Part shown: positions 54,656 through 64,000 of the stretch, piece after piece
Position numbering within the stretch: position 1 is the stretch's first letter
Layout of the letters: each line of letters begins with the position of its first letter
Assembly: GCA_900542055.1 (NCBI GenBank)
Contig: UQMA01000003.1
Location: 763 to 64,762, forward strand
Source: an uncultured Azospirillum sp.
GTDB lineage: Bacteria; Pseudomonadota; Alphaproteobacteria; RF32; CAG-239
DNA: 64,000 bases
Direction: 5' to 3'
Made by a program: the position numbers and the translations under genes
Notes under the pieces: model-generated
Told to the model about the DNA's origin: nothing
Database searches by the model: none
The model's input: the letters and a program-made list of their open reading frames with translations, nothing else

Positions 54656-56704
54656 TTATTCATCTTTTTTAAGCTGTTTCATCAAATTAGCTTTTTTCAA
54701 AACATCTGAGCTGTAAAGCAGCGCTATTTCTTCCTCTCGGCTCAATTCCATAGGCAAATCATAGCTGATATAATTTTCCAATTTTATTTTAGCCATTTTC
54801 AAAGCCTGAATTCCAAATTCCGGTGCCGGACCGTTGACCGGCAACATTAAAATATGCAAAGCATTCAGCACATTGTTATCAACAACGGCGGCAACTCCGT
54901 AAGAACAATTTTTGTTTTGAACGGAAAATTCCTGTTTAAATTTCAAAGCAGCTATCAAAATATCAGGTACATTAACTTCTTCAGGAATAATAAAATAACG
55001 ATGCTTGCGAGCAGCAATACCGACAGTTTCGCACGATGAAAACATCGAAATAGGAATCGACAGCATCAATCCTAATGTTATCGGCAGCATCCACCAAAAT
55101 AAACTATGCGCATATTGCCAAACTATTACGGTTGTTGCAATTCCCAACAGCATATGCCAATGATGACGCGCCCAAGCAACGCGCAACGATGTCCCTGTTT
55201 CATCACGATTTTGAGTATTCCACCCCGCATCATTGCCGGCAAAAATATCAAACACAAACTTGCTTTGAAACATCATCATAATCGGAGCAGTCAGAGCACT
55301 GAAAATAATTTCGGCAAATACACTCTTAACCGCGCCGAAAATGCCTCCTATATTAGAAAATTTGTTTTGCGATAAATAAGCAATCAATCCCAAAAACTTT
55401 GGAAAAATCAGCATAAACATTGACAGAACAAACAAACTTATAGTTCCGAGTTTATCAAAGATAGGCCATGTCGGGAACAAAGTATAAGTTGTCGGAAAAT
55501 ATTCGGGAGGAAAAATATTGCGCCCCAAAGCAACGCCCAGTCCTACTAATAAAAAGCACAGCCACAAAGGCGAAGACAAATAAGACATTATACCGATTAT
55601 AAAATGAACACGGCTTATCGGATGTAGGCCTTTTGAAAGCAACACTTTAATATGCTGCATATTTCCCTGACACCAACGTCTGTCGCGCGTGGCAAAATCT
55701 ATCATCGACGGCGGGCATTCTTCATAGCTGCCTTTCAATTCCGGCAACAGCCAAGCCGACCAGCCGCCGCGGCGGATTAAAGCGGCTTCAACAAAGTCAT
55801 GGCTCAAAATATGACCTCCGAACGGAGCTTTTCCTTTTAACACCGGCAACTTGCAGCATTCCATAAAAGCTTTAACTCTGATAATGGCGTTGTGCCCCCA
55901 ATAGTTGCTGTCTCCCACTTGCCAAAAAGCCAATCCGGCTGAAACAACAGGTCCATAAACTTTTCCGGCAAATTGCTGAATCCTCGCAAACAAAGAATGA
56001 CGATTAATGCACATCGGCGGAGCCTGAATAATACCGGTCTGAGGATTAGCTTCCATTAATTGCGTCATAGACACCATGGTTTCTCCCGCCAGCAAGCTGT
56101 CCGCATCCAAAACAATCATAAAATCATACAAAGCGCCCCATTTATGGCAGAAATCCTCAATATTTCCGCTCTTACGCGCTGTATTAACCGAACGGCGGCG
56201 ATAATACAATTTTATATTTTCCGGCATTTTCTTTTTGGCTTCCAGCCAAATTTGCTCCTCCTCCACCCAAATTTTAGGATTTGTACTGTCGCTCAAAACA
56301 AAAATATCATATGCACTGCCCTGACCTGTTTCTTTCAAGCTGTGAGCCATAGCCAGCAAATTTGCGAAAACGCCCACCGGATCTTCGTTATAAACAGGCA
56401 TCAGCACCGCTGTTTTTGTTGTTATTTTTGTTTTTTTATCCGGCCAAATTATCCCTTTGGTTTTTTGTTGTTTCAACAATTGCCAAAAACCGAAAAGACT
56501 TGACCAAAAAAACAGAGCAATCCAAGCAAAGGTTAAAATAAACAACGCCGTCATCAAAAATTGCGTAATAAACAGCGACGAATTCGGGATAACTTCAATC
56601 CATTTAAAAGTTGCCAGCAGTGTGCTGACAAACATTAACCCAAAAATTGCCAAACGGCGGCGCGCTATTTGTTTTTTGCTAATCGGTATAAACTCTGAAC
56701 TCAT
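54656..56704 (-). CDS. opgH: glucans biosynthesis glucosyltransferase H (OpgH/MdoH)
   Basis: 682 aa. GT2 core flanked by TM helices (VLMPVYNED, VLDADS, RDRRWCQGN = QxxRW-type motif). Confidence 0.9.
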   Translation of the reverse strand: MSSEFIPISKKQIARRRLAIFGLMFVSTLLATFKWIEVIPNSSLFITQFLMTALFILTFAWIALFFWSSLFGFWQLLKQQKTKGIIWPDKKTKITTKTAVLMPVYNEDPVGVFANLLAMAHSLKETGQGSAYDIFVLSDSTNPKIWVEEEQIWLEAKKKMPENIKLYYRRRSVNTARKSGNIEDFCHKWGALYDFMIVLDADSLLAGETMVSMTQLMEANPQTGIIQAPPMCINRHSLFARIQQFAGKVYGPVVSAGLAFWQVGDSNYWGHNAIIRVKAFMECCKLPVLKGKAPFGGHILSHDFVEAALIRRGGWSAWLLPELKGSYEECPPSMIDFATRDRRWCQGNMQHIKVLLSKGLHPISRVHFIIGIMSYLSSPLWLCFLLVGLGVALGRNIFPPEYFPTTYTLFPTWPIFDKLGTISLFVLSMFMLIFPKFLGLIAYLSQNKFSNIGGIFGAVKSVFAEIIFSALTAPIMMMFQSKFVFDIFAGNDAGWNTQNRDETGTSLRVAWARHHWHMLLGIATTVIVWQYAHSLFWWMLPITLGLMLSIPISMFSSCETVGIAARKHRYFIIPEEVNVPDILIAALKFKQEFSVQNKNCSYGVAAVVDNNVLNALHILMLPVNGPAPEFGIQALKMAKIKLENYISYDLPMELSREEEIALLYSSDVLKKANLMKQLKKDE

Positions 56705-57138
56705 TTTTTTATTTCCTTTTCAGCCCCCAAAACCTCAAGCTTTTGCGGTTTCATTTCAGAATAATCGTAAGCAGGAGCATTTAAAACAAAACATTCTCTT
56801 AAAGTTTTTACCAACTTTTCAGGCATTTTCAACTGTTTAAAATCCTGCACAGTCAAACTATCGGCAGCATTGCACAATAAAAAACAAAGTTTGAATTCCG
56901 CCAATAATTGCTCATCGGCAAAACCGCTGTTTGGAAATGTTTGCGCAGCAAGTTTTAAAAGCACGCCATCCAATTTAGCGACCAGTTCATCGCCGTTGCC
57001 TGATTTGAAATCTATATGTTCGGCAATGGTTCCAACTATATCCAGTAATTGGTTTCCGTCAAATCCCAAACTGCGCAAATAGGCTTCTATAATATCCTCT
57101 TTTCCCTGAATCTTTATGGTAACCATTGATAACTCCAT
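56701..57138 (-). CDS. hypothetical 145-aa protein inserted between opgG and opgH
   Basis: The ATG overlaps the opgG 3' end by 25 nt and its stop overlaps the opgH ATG (ATGA), so it is translationally coupled on both sides. Acidic, helical, no motif. Confidence 0.55.
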   Translation of the reverse strand: MELSMVTIKIQGKEDIIEAYLRSLGFDGNQLLDIVGTIAEHIDFKSGNGDELVAKLDGVLLKLAAQTFPNSGFADEQLLAEFKLCFLLCNAADSLTVQDFKQLKMPEKLVKTLRECFVLNAPAYDYSEMKPQKLEVLGAEKEIKK

Positions 57139-58688
57139 ATTTCGGAAATATTTTTACCTTTTTTAACCACCGAAGCTCGCAGTTCCGATGTTTTGCCATT
57201 AGGCTCAAAATCAATATATGCTGTCAAACCTTTTGTAACCGGATTATAAGTTAAATATTTACCGACAATTCTTCCTTCACTGGCAGACACATCTAATGTT
57301 GCTATTTCTTTTTCCACTTCTTTTTGCATATTGAGAATATCAAAATCTATAACAAACTTGCGCTTATTTTTTTCCATCATACCGGAAACTCCGCCTACAC
57401 CTGTATAAGTTGCAGTAACATCTCCTTCAATATGTTCAACCGGAAATTTTGTAAACCAAAACAAACGGTAGGCATAACGAATTTCACGCTGAGGAACAAC
57501 TTTTTCTTTTGGAACCCAATAAGCGACAACATTATCGTGAATTTCTTGCTGTGAAGGAATTTCGACCAATTCGACCCAACCTTTTCCCCAATTTCCGACA
57601 GGTTTCACCCAAGTGCTCGGGCGCTGCTCATAATTGGCTTCAAAATCCAAATAATGCGCAGGATTTCTATCCCTTTGCAGCAAACCAAATCCCTGAGGAT
57701 TTTCATCAACAAAAGCGCTTATACGCAAGCGCGGCGAATTGTCCAACGGTCTCCACAGCCATTCGCCTTTACCGTTTAATACCAACAAGCCGTCAGTATC
57801 ATGAACCTCCGGACGATGATCATCAAACCTGTTTTTGGTATTTTCTCCAAAAAGATACATTGAGGTCAGCGGAGCAATGCCGAGTTTTGCAATTTCCTTA
57901 CGCGGAAAAATACGTGCATCGACATCCATAACCGTATTTTCTCCCGGAGTTATAACAAATGTATAAATTCCGGAAGCGCTTTGACTGTCTAATAAAGCAT
58001 AAACCGTTACAGACTTATCATGCTTTTTTGGACGGACAATCCAAAATTCACGAAAGACCGGAAATTCCTCACCGGTTTGAGCAGCCGTATCAATAGCCAA
58101 ACCGCGTGCCGAAAGCCCATATTTTTGATTTTTTCCCAAAGCGCGGAAATAACTTGCTCCCAAAAAAGAAACCAATTCATCATAATATTTTTTTGTATTC
58201 AACTGATTATGCAGTCTGAAACCGGCATATCCGTTTTGCGGCAAGTTATCAGTGTTTAATTTATTTTTACCATAGTCAAAAAAAGACGGAGTATAAACAA
58301 AGGGAACAATTTTTCCATCAACGATTTCATTAACTTTAACCGGCGTCAAAAACAATGATCCTAAATGGAAAAACTGAATTTCAAAAGGAAGTTTTTGTCC
58401 GAACCATGGTCCTTTTTCACGTTTGAAACGTATATCGCGATAGCGGTCATAATTGAGTTTTTTCAATTCATCGGGCAAATTGTATTCCGGAGCAACATAA
58501 GGCTTTTTTGCCAAAGCTGAAGCTATATTTGCCAATTGCCCGACATCAAACTCATCGCTTTGCGCAGACATAACTTCAGACAGCTGTTGCTGCCGATAAT
58601 TTTCGTAAAAGTTTTTCCCCTCATAAACGCCATAAACAACGCCTAGGCCACACAAAATACAACACACTGTTTTTATGCTATTTTTCAT
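57114..58688 (-). CDS. opgG: glucans biosynthesis protein G (OpgG/MdoG), periplasmic
   Basis: Start moved from the track TTG 58709 to the ATG at 58688 (AGGA 8 nt upstream). Signal peptide. The length and sequence (YFRALGKNQKYGLSARGLAIDT, FVDENPQGFGLLQRDR) fit the MdoG family. Confidence 0.9.
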   Translation of the reverse strand: MKNSIKTVCCILCGLGVVYGVYEGKNFYENYRQQQLSEVMSAQSDEFDVGQLANIASALAKKPYVAPEYNLPDELKKLNYDRYRDIRFKREKGPWFGQKLPFEIQFFHLGSLFLTPVKVNEIVDGKIVPFVYTPSFFDYGKNKLNTDNLPQNGYAGFRLHNQLNTKKYYDELVSFLGASYFRALGKNQKYGLSARGLAIDTAAQTGEEFPVFREFWIVRPKKHDKSVTVYALLDSQSASGIYTFVITPGENTVMDVDARIFPRKEIAKLGIAPLTSMYLFGENTKNRFDDHRPEVHDTDGLLVLNGKGEWLWRPLDNSPRLRISAFVDENPQGFGLLQRDRNPAHYLDFEANYEQRPSTWVKPVGNWGKGWVELVEIPSQQEIHDNVVAYWVPKEKVVPQREIRYAYRLFWFTKFPVEHIEGDVTATYTGVGGVSGMMEKNKRKFVIDFDILNMQKEVEKEIATLDVSASEGRIVGKYLTYNPVTKGLTAYIDFEPNGKTSELRASVVKKGKNISEIWSYQWLP

Positions 58689-58933
58689 ATTATATTCCTG
58701 AAAATTCAAAATCTATATTTATATACAATTCATTTTTCGGCAAAAGTCAAGCATCAGGAATTACCGGTGTTAAAAATTAAGTAAAATATCGCTTGCAATT
58801 TATTTTATTCTGTATATTATACGTTTGTTTTTGAATTATTTTCATATTATAAATCATAGCAATACTAATTGTTTCCCCGTTTTACGAGGAATTTTTTTGT
58901 GGAAAAAATAAAAAAAATATTTTGCCCGATGGC

Positions 58934-58962
58934 TTGACCCAACCGGCAAATTTAACTATAAT
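58934..58962 (+). promoter_or_regulatory. near-consensus sigma70 promoter (TTGACC-17 nt-TATAAT) for lysozyme paralog 2
   Basis: TTGACC 58934-58939, 17-nt spacer, TATAAT 58957-58962, about 58 nt upstream of the ATG at 59020. Confidence 0.65.
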
Positions 58963-59019
58963 ATAGATGTTTAACTCAAATTATATTGTATTAAATTATT
59001 GTATTAAAATTTAGATTGT

Positions 59020-59928
59020 ATGAAAAAGAAAATGTTGATTTCAGTAGCAATGCTGTTGATATCTGCCGTTTCGATGTTTTCTGTGGCAGAAGCCCATACG
59101 GAAGCACTCGGCGACACAACCGCTACTGCTATTGAAGAAGACACGCTTGACCATGCTGACAGCATCGCAGCCGATAATTCAGGAGTCGACTCAGTGTCAA
59201 GTGACAGCAGTTTAGTAAAATTTCGCAACGCCGCATACGACATGCTTTGTCTGGTTGCGCATTGTGAAGGTGTTAAAACTGAGGCCTATTTTGATCCGAT
59301 TGGAAAAAAATGGACCATTGCATTCGGTAACACGGTACGTCCGGATGGAAAAGCCGTTCGTTATGGCGATTGCATAAGAAGCGAAGCTGAGTTGATGCAC
59401 TACTTCAACGCACATATTGAACAATATATGTACGATGATATGTGCCGCTATCTGCATCTTGACAAAATGAACAACGCTGAAATCGTTGCTATGGGAAGTT
59501 TCCTATACAACTGCGGCAGCGGCGTTCTCCGTCAGAAAAACGGCGCTCCTTCTCAGCTTGCAAAAGCAGCAAATGCTTATTTTGACAGTCATAGTGAAAA
59601 AACAAAAGCCGCACTGAAATCGCTTATTGAACAAAAAGTGACTTCAAAAGGAAAAGTTCTTCCGCAGTTGCAAAAACGGCGTGATTTGGAACTCCGAATT
59701 TTGTTCGGCGAGATCGTGCTTGACAACAAAGGTGAGCTGAAACTTGCAAATGCCGTAAATTTTGCGGAAGTTGCATTAGGTGGAGTTTATTGTTTTGGCG
59801 GCCGTCGCCTTCCTGCCGACACATTAGATTTGTGCAACAGGTTGGGAAATATGGGCGGAAGAAACTTAAACGATTCCATTCAAAATCAGCTGAGAGGACA
59901 TATTCGTCCGATGCGCCGCAAGCGCTGA
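59020..59928 (+). CDS. secreted GH24 (phage-type) lysozyme, paralog 2
   Basis: 302 aa. Signal peptide. CEGVKTEAYFDPIGKKWTIAFGNT. Collinear with paralog 1 through the C-terminal NLNDSIQNQ(M/L)R block. Confidence 0.75.
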   Translation: MKKKMLISVAMLLISAVSMFSVAEAHTEALGDTTATAIEEDTLDHADSIAADNSGVDSVSSDSSLVKFRNAAYDMLCLVAHCEGVKTEAYFDPIGKKWTIAFGNTVRPDGKAVRYGDCIRSEAELMHYFNAHIEQYMYDDMCRYLHLDKMNNAEIVAMGSFLYNCGSGVLRQKNGAPSQLAKAANAYFDSHSEKTKAALKSLIEQKVTSKGKVLPQLQKRRDLELRILFGEIVLDNKGELKLANAVNFAEVALGGVYCFGGRRLPADTLDLCNRLGNMGGRNLNDSIQNQLRGHIRPMRRKR

Positions 59929-59989
59929 TTAAATTAAAAAAAGAGCCCCAACATATCAATGTTGCGGGCTCTTTTTCTTTAAGACTGAT

Positions 59990-60772
59990 TTAGAATAAAA
60001 CTTTAACGTTTACACCAGCCGTATAATCATATTTAATCTCGCTGTTTCCGGTTCCACCGAGATAATAATCACCATATACACCCAAAGCCACGTTATCTCT
60101 TACAAAATAGTTAGCTTCGGCTTGCCAATACCACATATTTTTGTTTGCGCCAGCATCTGTGTTGAAATCATAACGAATACCGGTATCAACTGCAGCTTTG
60201 TCAAATGTTTTATGAACACCAGCAAATGCGGAATAAAGCATTTCGCGGTCTTTTTGGTCAATCGGAGATTCTGCCGTAAACATTGTATACGGAGTTAAAC
60301 CATTGCCCATATCATATCCCAATTGAGCTTCGAGTTTGATTTCTTTATACCAATCAGAACTCTCACCTTTGTGTCCGTACCATGAAGCCGGCTGATAAGT
60401 ATAATAACCGGCACCGATTTGTGTCAGGATATTATTATAATTCCAATTATATTTGGCGCCTAATTCATAACCGAAGTTATGGTCATTGTTATATTCTTGA
60501 TTGGTCAGACCTTTGAAATCAAAATTATTTTCAATAGCGCCATATACTGATAAATTATCATTAACGCCGTAAGTAATTTTTTCAGCGGCGACCAAATCTT
60601 CACCGGCAAAATCGCTGTGTTTGAATTTTGCGCGCGAATAATCAATAGATGTATTGGAAAGCACCTCACCTTTTGAAGGCAGGAATAAAGAGCCTGTAAA
60701 ATCTTTTGCATTAGCGGCACCGGCAGTTAAAGCAACGGCAGCTGTGGTTAAAAGCATAGTTTTAAAGTTCAT
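59990..60772 (-). CDS. outer-membrane beta-barrel (porin-like) protein
   Basis: 260 aa. Signal peptide ending ANA. Alternating aromatic/Gly beta-strand pattern. C-terminal ...VNVKVLF with terminal Phe. Confidence 0.7.
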   Translation of the reverse strand: MNFKTMLLTTAAVALTAGAANAKDFTGSLFLPSKGEVLSNTSIDYSRAKFKHSDFAGEDLVAAEKITYGVNDNLSVYGAIENNFDFKGLTNQEYNNDHNFGYELGAKYNWNYNNILTQIGAGYYTYQPASWYGHKGESSDWYKEIKLEAQLGYDMGNGLTPYTMFTAESPIDQKDREMLYSAFAGVHKTFDKAAVDTGIRYDFNTDAGANKNMWYWQAEANYFVRDNVALGVYGDYYLGGTGNSEIKYDYTAGVNVKVLF

Positions 60773-60981
60773 GAGATATCTCCTTAGTTATTTTCACAAT
60801 CCGTCTTAATCGGATGCTGAAATTGTATCTGCCCATATATTAAGATTCAATTAATTAAATGGCTTAATCAATAACAATAAATTACTGTTTTGTAACAAAA
60901 TTTGCTTTTTCAAATCAATACTTTACATAATCAAAATATTTGTTATAGTTATAAGGTTGTTTCATTCTGAAAGCTGATATT

Positions 60982-61707
60982 ATGCTAAAAGAATACCCTC
61001 CGTCATATAAATTGGGTGCTTTAATTTTATGCCTGCTTATTTGTCATTCTGCTAAAAAACCGCTGTACCAACATATCTGGGGAAAATATACCGGTTATAT
61101 TCCGTCTTTGGGTGACGAAACTTTTATAAACATTGAACAAAACCAAAAGAAACAATCCGCCAAAATTGCCGGATATAATATAGAATATAGACTGCGCCGC
61201 AAATACTCGGTCAAAGGTCGAGTTGTTTTTGTTGATTGGAATGACGGATGGTTCAACACCTGGTATCATGCCGCCGGAAACGAAGGAACAAAGCTGTACA
61301 ATGCCGTGTCACCTGTCGACTTATCAATTATTCACGGAAAAACCGCCGAAGACGGTAATTGGCAAAAAATAAAATTTGACCATGAAGAACGGGGATTGAT
61401 TACAAGTTATAGATATGACAATATGCCTGTTATAAATAACGATGAAATAAACAACAATCATGTCATTCCGGCCAACAACGCCATCCGCAAAGCTATTTCC
61501 ATTATGAAAGTCGGAGATATTGTGGAACTTGAAGGATATTTAATGGATTGGAACGGCACCGGAAAATTCAGTTGGTTTAATATAGAAACAGCAATCGAAC
61601 CTGGGGAACTTCATACAAAAATACTTTTCGGAGGACAACAGGGCGCAGGTCTTTGCCGCCAGTTTTATATCACAAAAATCAGCTTTAACGGTTATACTTT
61701 TGAATAA
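60982..61707 (+). CDS. hypothetical protein with an N-terminal hydrophobic anchor
   Basis: 241-aa ORF. No recognisable motif. Confidence 0.5.
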   Translation: MLKEYPPSYKLGALILCLLICHSAKKPLYQHIWGKYTGYIPSLGDETFINIEQNQKKQSAKIAGYNIEYRLRRKYSVKGRVVFVDWNDGWFNTWYHAAGNEGTKLYNAVSPVDLSIIHGKTAEDGNWQKIKFDHEERGLITSYRYDNMPVINNDEINNNHVIPANNAIRKAISIMKVGDIVELEGYLMDWNGTGKFSWFNIETAIEPGELHTKILFGGQQGAGLCRQFYITKISFNGYTFE

Positions 61708-61802
61708 GTCGTTTTCTATTGTTTTTAATTTGCAAAAAGCGCTTGCTGTCCAAGCAAATTTTGTTTAATCTTACGTAATATTTTAACAGGGAAAACATAA
61801 AA

Positions 61803-62450
61803 ATGATTGCCAAATTGCGCGGAATTGTTGATTTTTTCGGTGATGACAGCGCCATAATCGATGTTAACGGCGTAGGGTATTTGGTGTACGCCTCAAACCG
61901 AACACTTTCAAAATTGGTAAAAGGTTCAGAAACAACGCTTTTTATTGAAACGGTTGTCCGTGAAGACAGTATCAGCCTTTACGGTTTTACGTCTGCACTC
62001 GAAAAAGAGTGGTTTTTAACATTAACCAAAGTTCAGGGCGTGGGAGCAAAAGTCTGCTTGAGCATTCTTTCTATTTTAACTCCTCCGCAGCTTTCTCAGG
62101 CTATAGCCGCACAAGATAAAACTTCATTCACCAGAGCGGCGGGCGTTGGTCCTAAATTGGCCGCAAGAATTGTCACCGAGCTCAAAGGCAAAATGGTCGG
62201 ACTTCCTGTCGGAGCCGATATTTCTGATTATGCAACGGCTATGGACGATGAAAATCAGACAACAGCTTCAACAGAAAACTGCTCGGCTGCAAACGCCGTT
62301 GAAGATGCAATTTCGGCTTTGGTCAATCTTGGTTATCAGCGGATTGATGCTTATCAAGCCGTAAATTCCGCCGCCGGAAAAAATCCCGATGCCGGAATTG
62401 CCGATTTAATTCGGTTAGCTTTAAAAGAATTTGCAACGCGGGAGATATAA
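61803..62450 (+). CDS. ruvA: Holliday junction DNA helicase RuvA
   Basis: 215 aa. MIAKLRGIV...VNGVGY N-terminus and a GVGPKLAARI HhH motif. Confidence 0.95.
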   Translation: MIAKLRGIVDFFGDDSAIIDVNGVGYLVYASNRTLSKLVKGSETTLFIETVVREDSISLYGFTSALEKEWFLTLTKVQGVGAKVCLSILSILTPPQLSQAIAAQDKTSFTRAAGVGPKLAARIVTELKGKMVGLPVGADISDYATAMDDENQTTASTENCSAANAVEDAISALVNLGYQRIDAYQAVNSAAGKNPDAGIADLIRLALKEFATREI

Positions 62451-62453
62451 AAA

Positions 62454-63512
62454 ATGGAACGTATTGTAAGCCCGCATGAATTACCAGAAGATGACAATGG
62501 AATTAACGCTCCGGTCAATCTCCGTCCTTCTTCGCTTGACGAATTTGTTGGTCAGCGTCAGGTTTGCGAAAATCTGAAAATCTTTATTGAAGCCGCAAAA
62601 ATGCGCCATGAAGCGCTTGACCACGTTTTACTTTTCGGTCCCCCAGGATTGGGGAAAACAACTTTAGCTTCGATTATAGCCAAAGAATTGGGAGTAAATT
62701 TCAAAGCGACTTCCGCTCCAATGATTTCAAAATCAGGTGATTTGGCAGCTATTTTGACCAATCTTGAAGCAAACGATGTTTTGTTTATTGATGAAATTCA
62801 TCGTCTTAATCCGGCTATTGAAGAAGTTCTCTATTCGGCAATGGAAGACTTTCAATTAGACTTAATAATCGGAGAAGGTCCCTCTGCCCGATCGGTAAAA
62901 ATTGATTTACAACCTTTTACATTGGTTGGCGCCACAACTCGTTCGGGATTATTGTCCACGCCTTTGCGCGAACGCTTCGGAATACCTTTGCGTTTGGATT
63001 TTTATTCTCCTGACGATTTGGAAAAAATTGTTTTAAGAGGCGCGCATTTGCTCAATGTACCGATGAATGAACAGGGAGCGCGCGAAATTGCCTGCCGTTC
63101 GCGAGGCACCCCGCGTGTTGCCGGACGGCTTTTGCGCCGCGTTCGTGATTTCGGAGCTGTAACTTCAAACGGTGAAATCGGTGCCAAAACCGCAGATATG
63201 GCGCTCAAACGCCTTAATGTCGACAAGCTTGGACTTGATGCCTTTGACAAACGCTATCTGACCTGCATAGCTCAAAATTACGGCGGAGGTCCGGTCGGCG
63301 CTGACACATTGGCCGCCGCATTGTCCGAAGAGCGCGACACCATTGAAGAAGTTATCGAACCGTTTTTGCTCAAACTTGGTTTTTTGCAACGTACACCGCG
63401 CGGACGCGTCATTTCCGATTTAGGCTGTGACTATCTTGGCTTGCCGCGAATGAGAAAAAACGTAAAACAATTTAACGAACAAAACGATTTATTTGCGCAA
63501 GGAGAAGAATAA
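62454..63512 (+). CDS. ruvB: Holliday junction DNA helicase RuvB
   Basis: 352 aa. Walker [10 protein letters not shown], Walker B FIDEIH, sensor and arginine-finger regions (GATTRSG, RGTPRVA). Confidence 0.97.
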   Translation: MERIVSPHELPEDDNGINAPVNLRPSSLDEFVGQRQVCENLKIFIEAAKMRHEALDHVLLFGPPGLGKTTLASIIAKELGVNFKATSAPMISKSGDLAAILTNLEANDVLFIDEIHRLNPAIEEVLYSAMEDFQLDLIIGEGPSARSVKIDLQPFTLVGATTRSGLLSTPLRERFGIPLRLDFYSPDDLEKIVLRGAHLLNVPMNEQGAREIACRSRGTPRVAGRLLRRVRDFGAVTSNGEIGAKTADMALKRLNVDKLGLDAFDKRYLTCIAQNYGGGPVGADTLAAALSEERDTIEEVIEPFLLKLGFLQRTPRGRVISDLGCDYLGLPRMRKNVKQFNEQNDLFAQGEE

Positions 63513-63952
63513 TGCCTGAAATTAATGCTCAGCAGGGAATTTTTGTTGAAGGAAAGTTTTATTTTCCGGTAAGAATTTATTATGAAGACACAGATGCCGG
63601 CGGCATAGTCTACTATGCAAATTATTTAAAATTTGCCGAACGAGCCAGAACGGAATTTATAAGAGCTGTCGGCTTTAATCAGCAAGAACAGCTTAACAGT
63701 GATGAACGCGCCGGATTTGTAGTCAGACATTGCGAGATAGACTATCAGGCTCCGGCCATGCTTGATGATTTATTAACGGTAAGCTGCGAAATTAGTGAAT
63801 TCGGCGGTGCCTCGGCAACCATGCACCAAGAAATCCGCCGCGGTGATCAGCTTTTGGTCACTTTGGATGTAAAGGTTGTGTATGTTCTCCTAAAAAACAA
63901 ACGCCCTTCCCGAATTCCAAATGAACTCAAAAATCTTCTGTCAGGAAAATAA
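63512..63952 (+). CDS. ybgC: YbgC-type acyl-CoA thioesterase (4HBT fold)
   Basis: 146 aa. VRIYYEDTDAGGIVYYANYLKFAERAR is the YbgC/4HBT signature. 1-nt overlap with ruvB. Confidence 0.9.
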   Translation: MPEINAQQGIFVEGKFYFPVRIYYEDTDAGGIVYYANYLKFAERARTEFIRAVGFNQQEQLNSDERAGFVVRHCEIDYQAPAMLDDLLTVSCEISEFGGASATMHQEIRRGDQLLVTLDVKVVYVLLKNKRPSRIPNELKNLLSGK

Positions 63953-63971
63953 ATCTGATATTTTGCACCGA

Positions 63972-64000
63972 AACTCCGTATAAAAAAATTATACGGAGTT
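63972..64000 (+). terminator. hairpin (probable terminator) after ybgC, cut by the window end
   Basis: AACTCCGTATA-AAAAAAT-TATACGGAGTT, a perfect 11-bp stem. The downstream T-run cannot be seen. Confidence 0.5.

Noticed and set aside
1-64000. CRISPR arrays, IS elements/transposases, rRNA genes, retron-type RT genes
   Set aside because: None seen. No regularly spaced direct repeats, and no ORF with DDE/transposase, integrase or reverse-transcriptase motifs on either strand. The visual scan cannot exclude short degenerate remnants.

Overview
64-kb AT-rich chromosomal window from a diderm (Gram-negative) bacterium. The gene content (TolQRA, RuvAB-YbgC, OpgGH, DsbD-like, RND efflux, Rnf) looks proteobacterial, possibly a low-GC host-associated alphaproteobacterium; that is inference only. 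Left third: an AcrB/AcrA-like RND efflux pair with a TetR regulator, an orphan HExxH (ImmA/IrrE-like) protein with a very acidic neighbour, queH, a candidate HNH-type polymorphic toxin followed by two SUKH-like immunity paralogs, mnmA, a dsbD-like gene, and apbE-rseC-rnfBCDGEA. Middle: a Type III restriction-modification pair (res/mod) preceded by a ~750-bp ORF-free, hairpin-rich region, several small membrane proteins, tRNA-Lys(CTT), a U32 peptidase and an MsbA-like ABC exporter. From 33.7 to 49.8 kb: a ~16-kb, almost unidirectional podovirus-like head/tail/lysis cluster. It has a cI/LexA-type repressor whose catalytic Ser is replaced by Ala, and no recognisable integrase or replication genes, so it is a candidate defective or domesticated (GTA-like) element. 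Right third: tolQRA plus two membrane proteins, two paralogous secreted GH24 lysozymes bracketing opgG-orf-opgH, a porin-like OMP, and ruvA-ruvB-ybgC. No rRNA, CRISPR array or transposase was seen. All functional calls rest on motif recognition by eye and on gene context; nothing was checked against a database.
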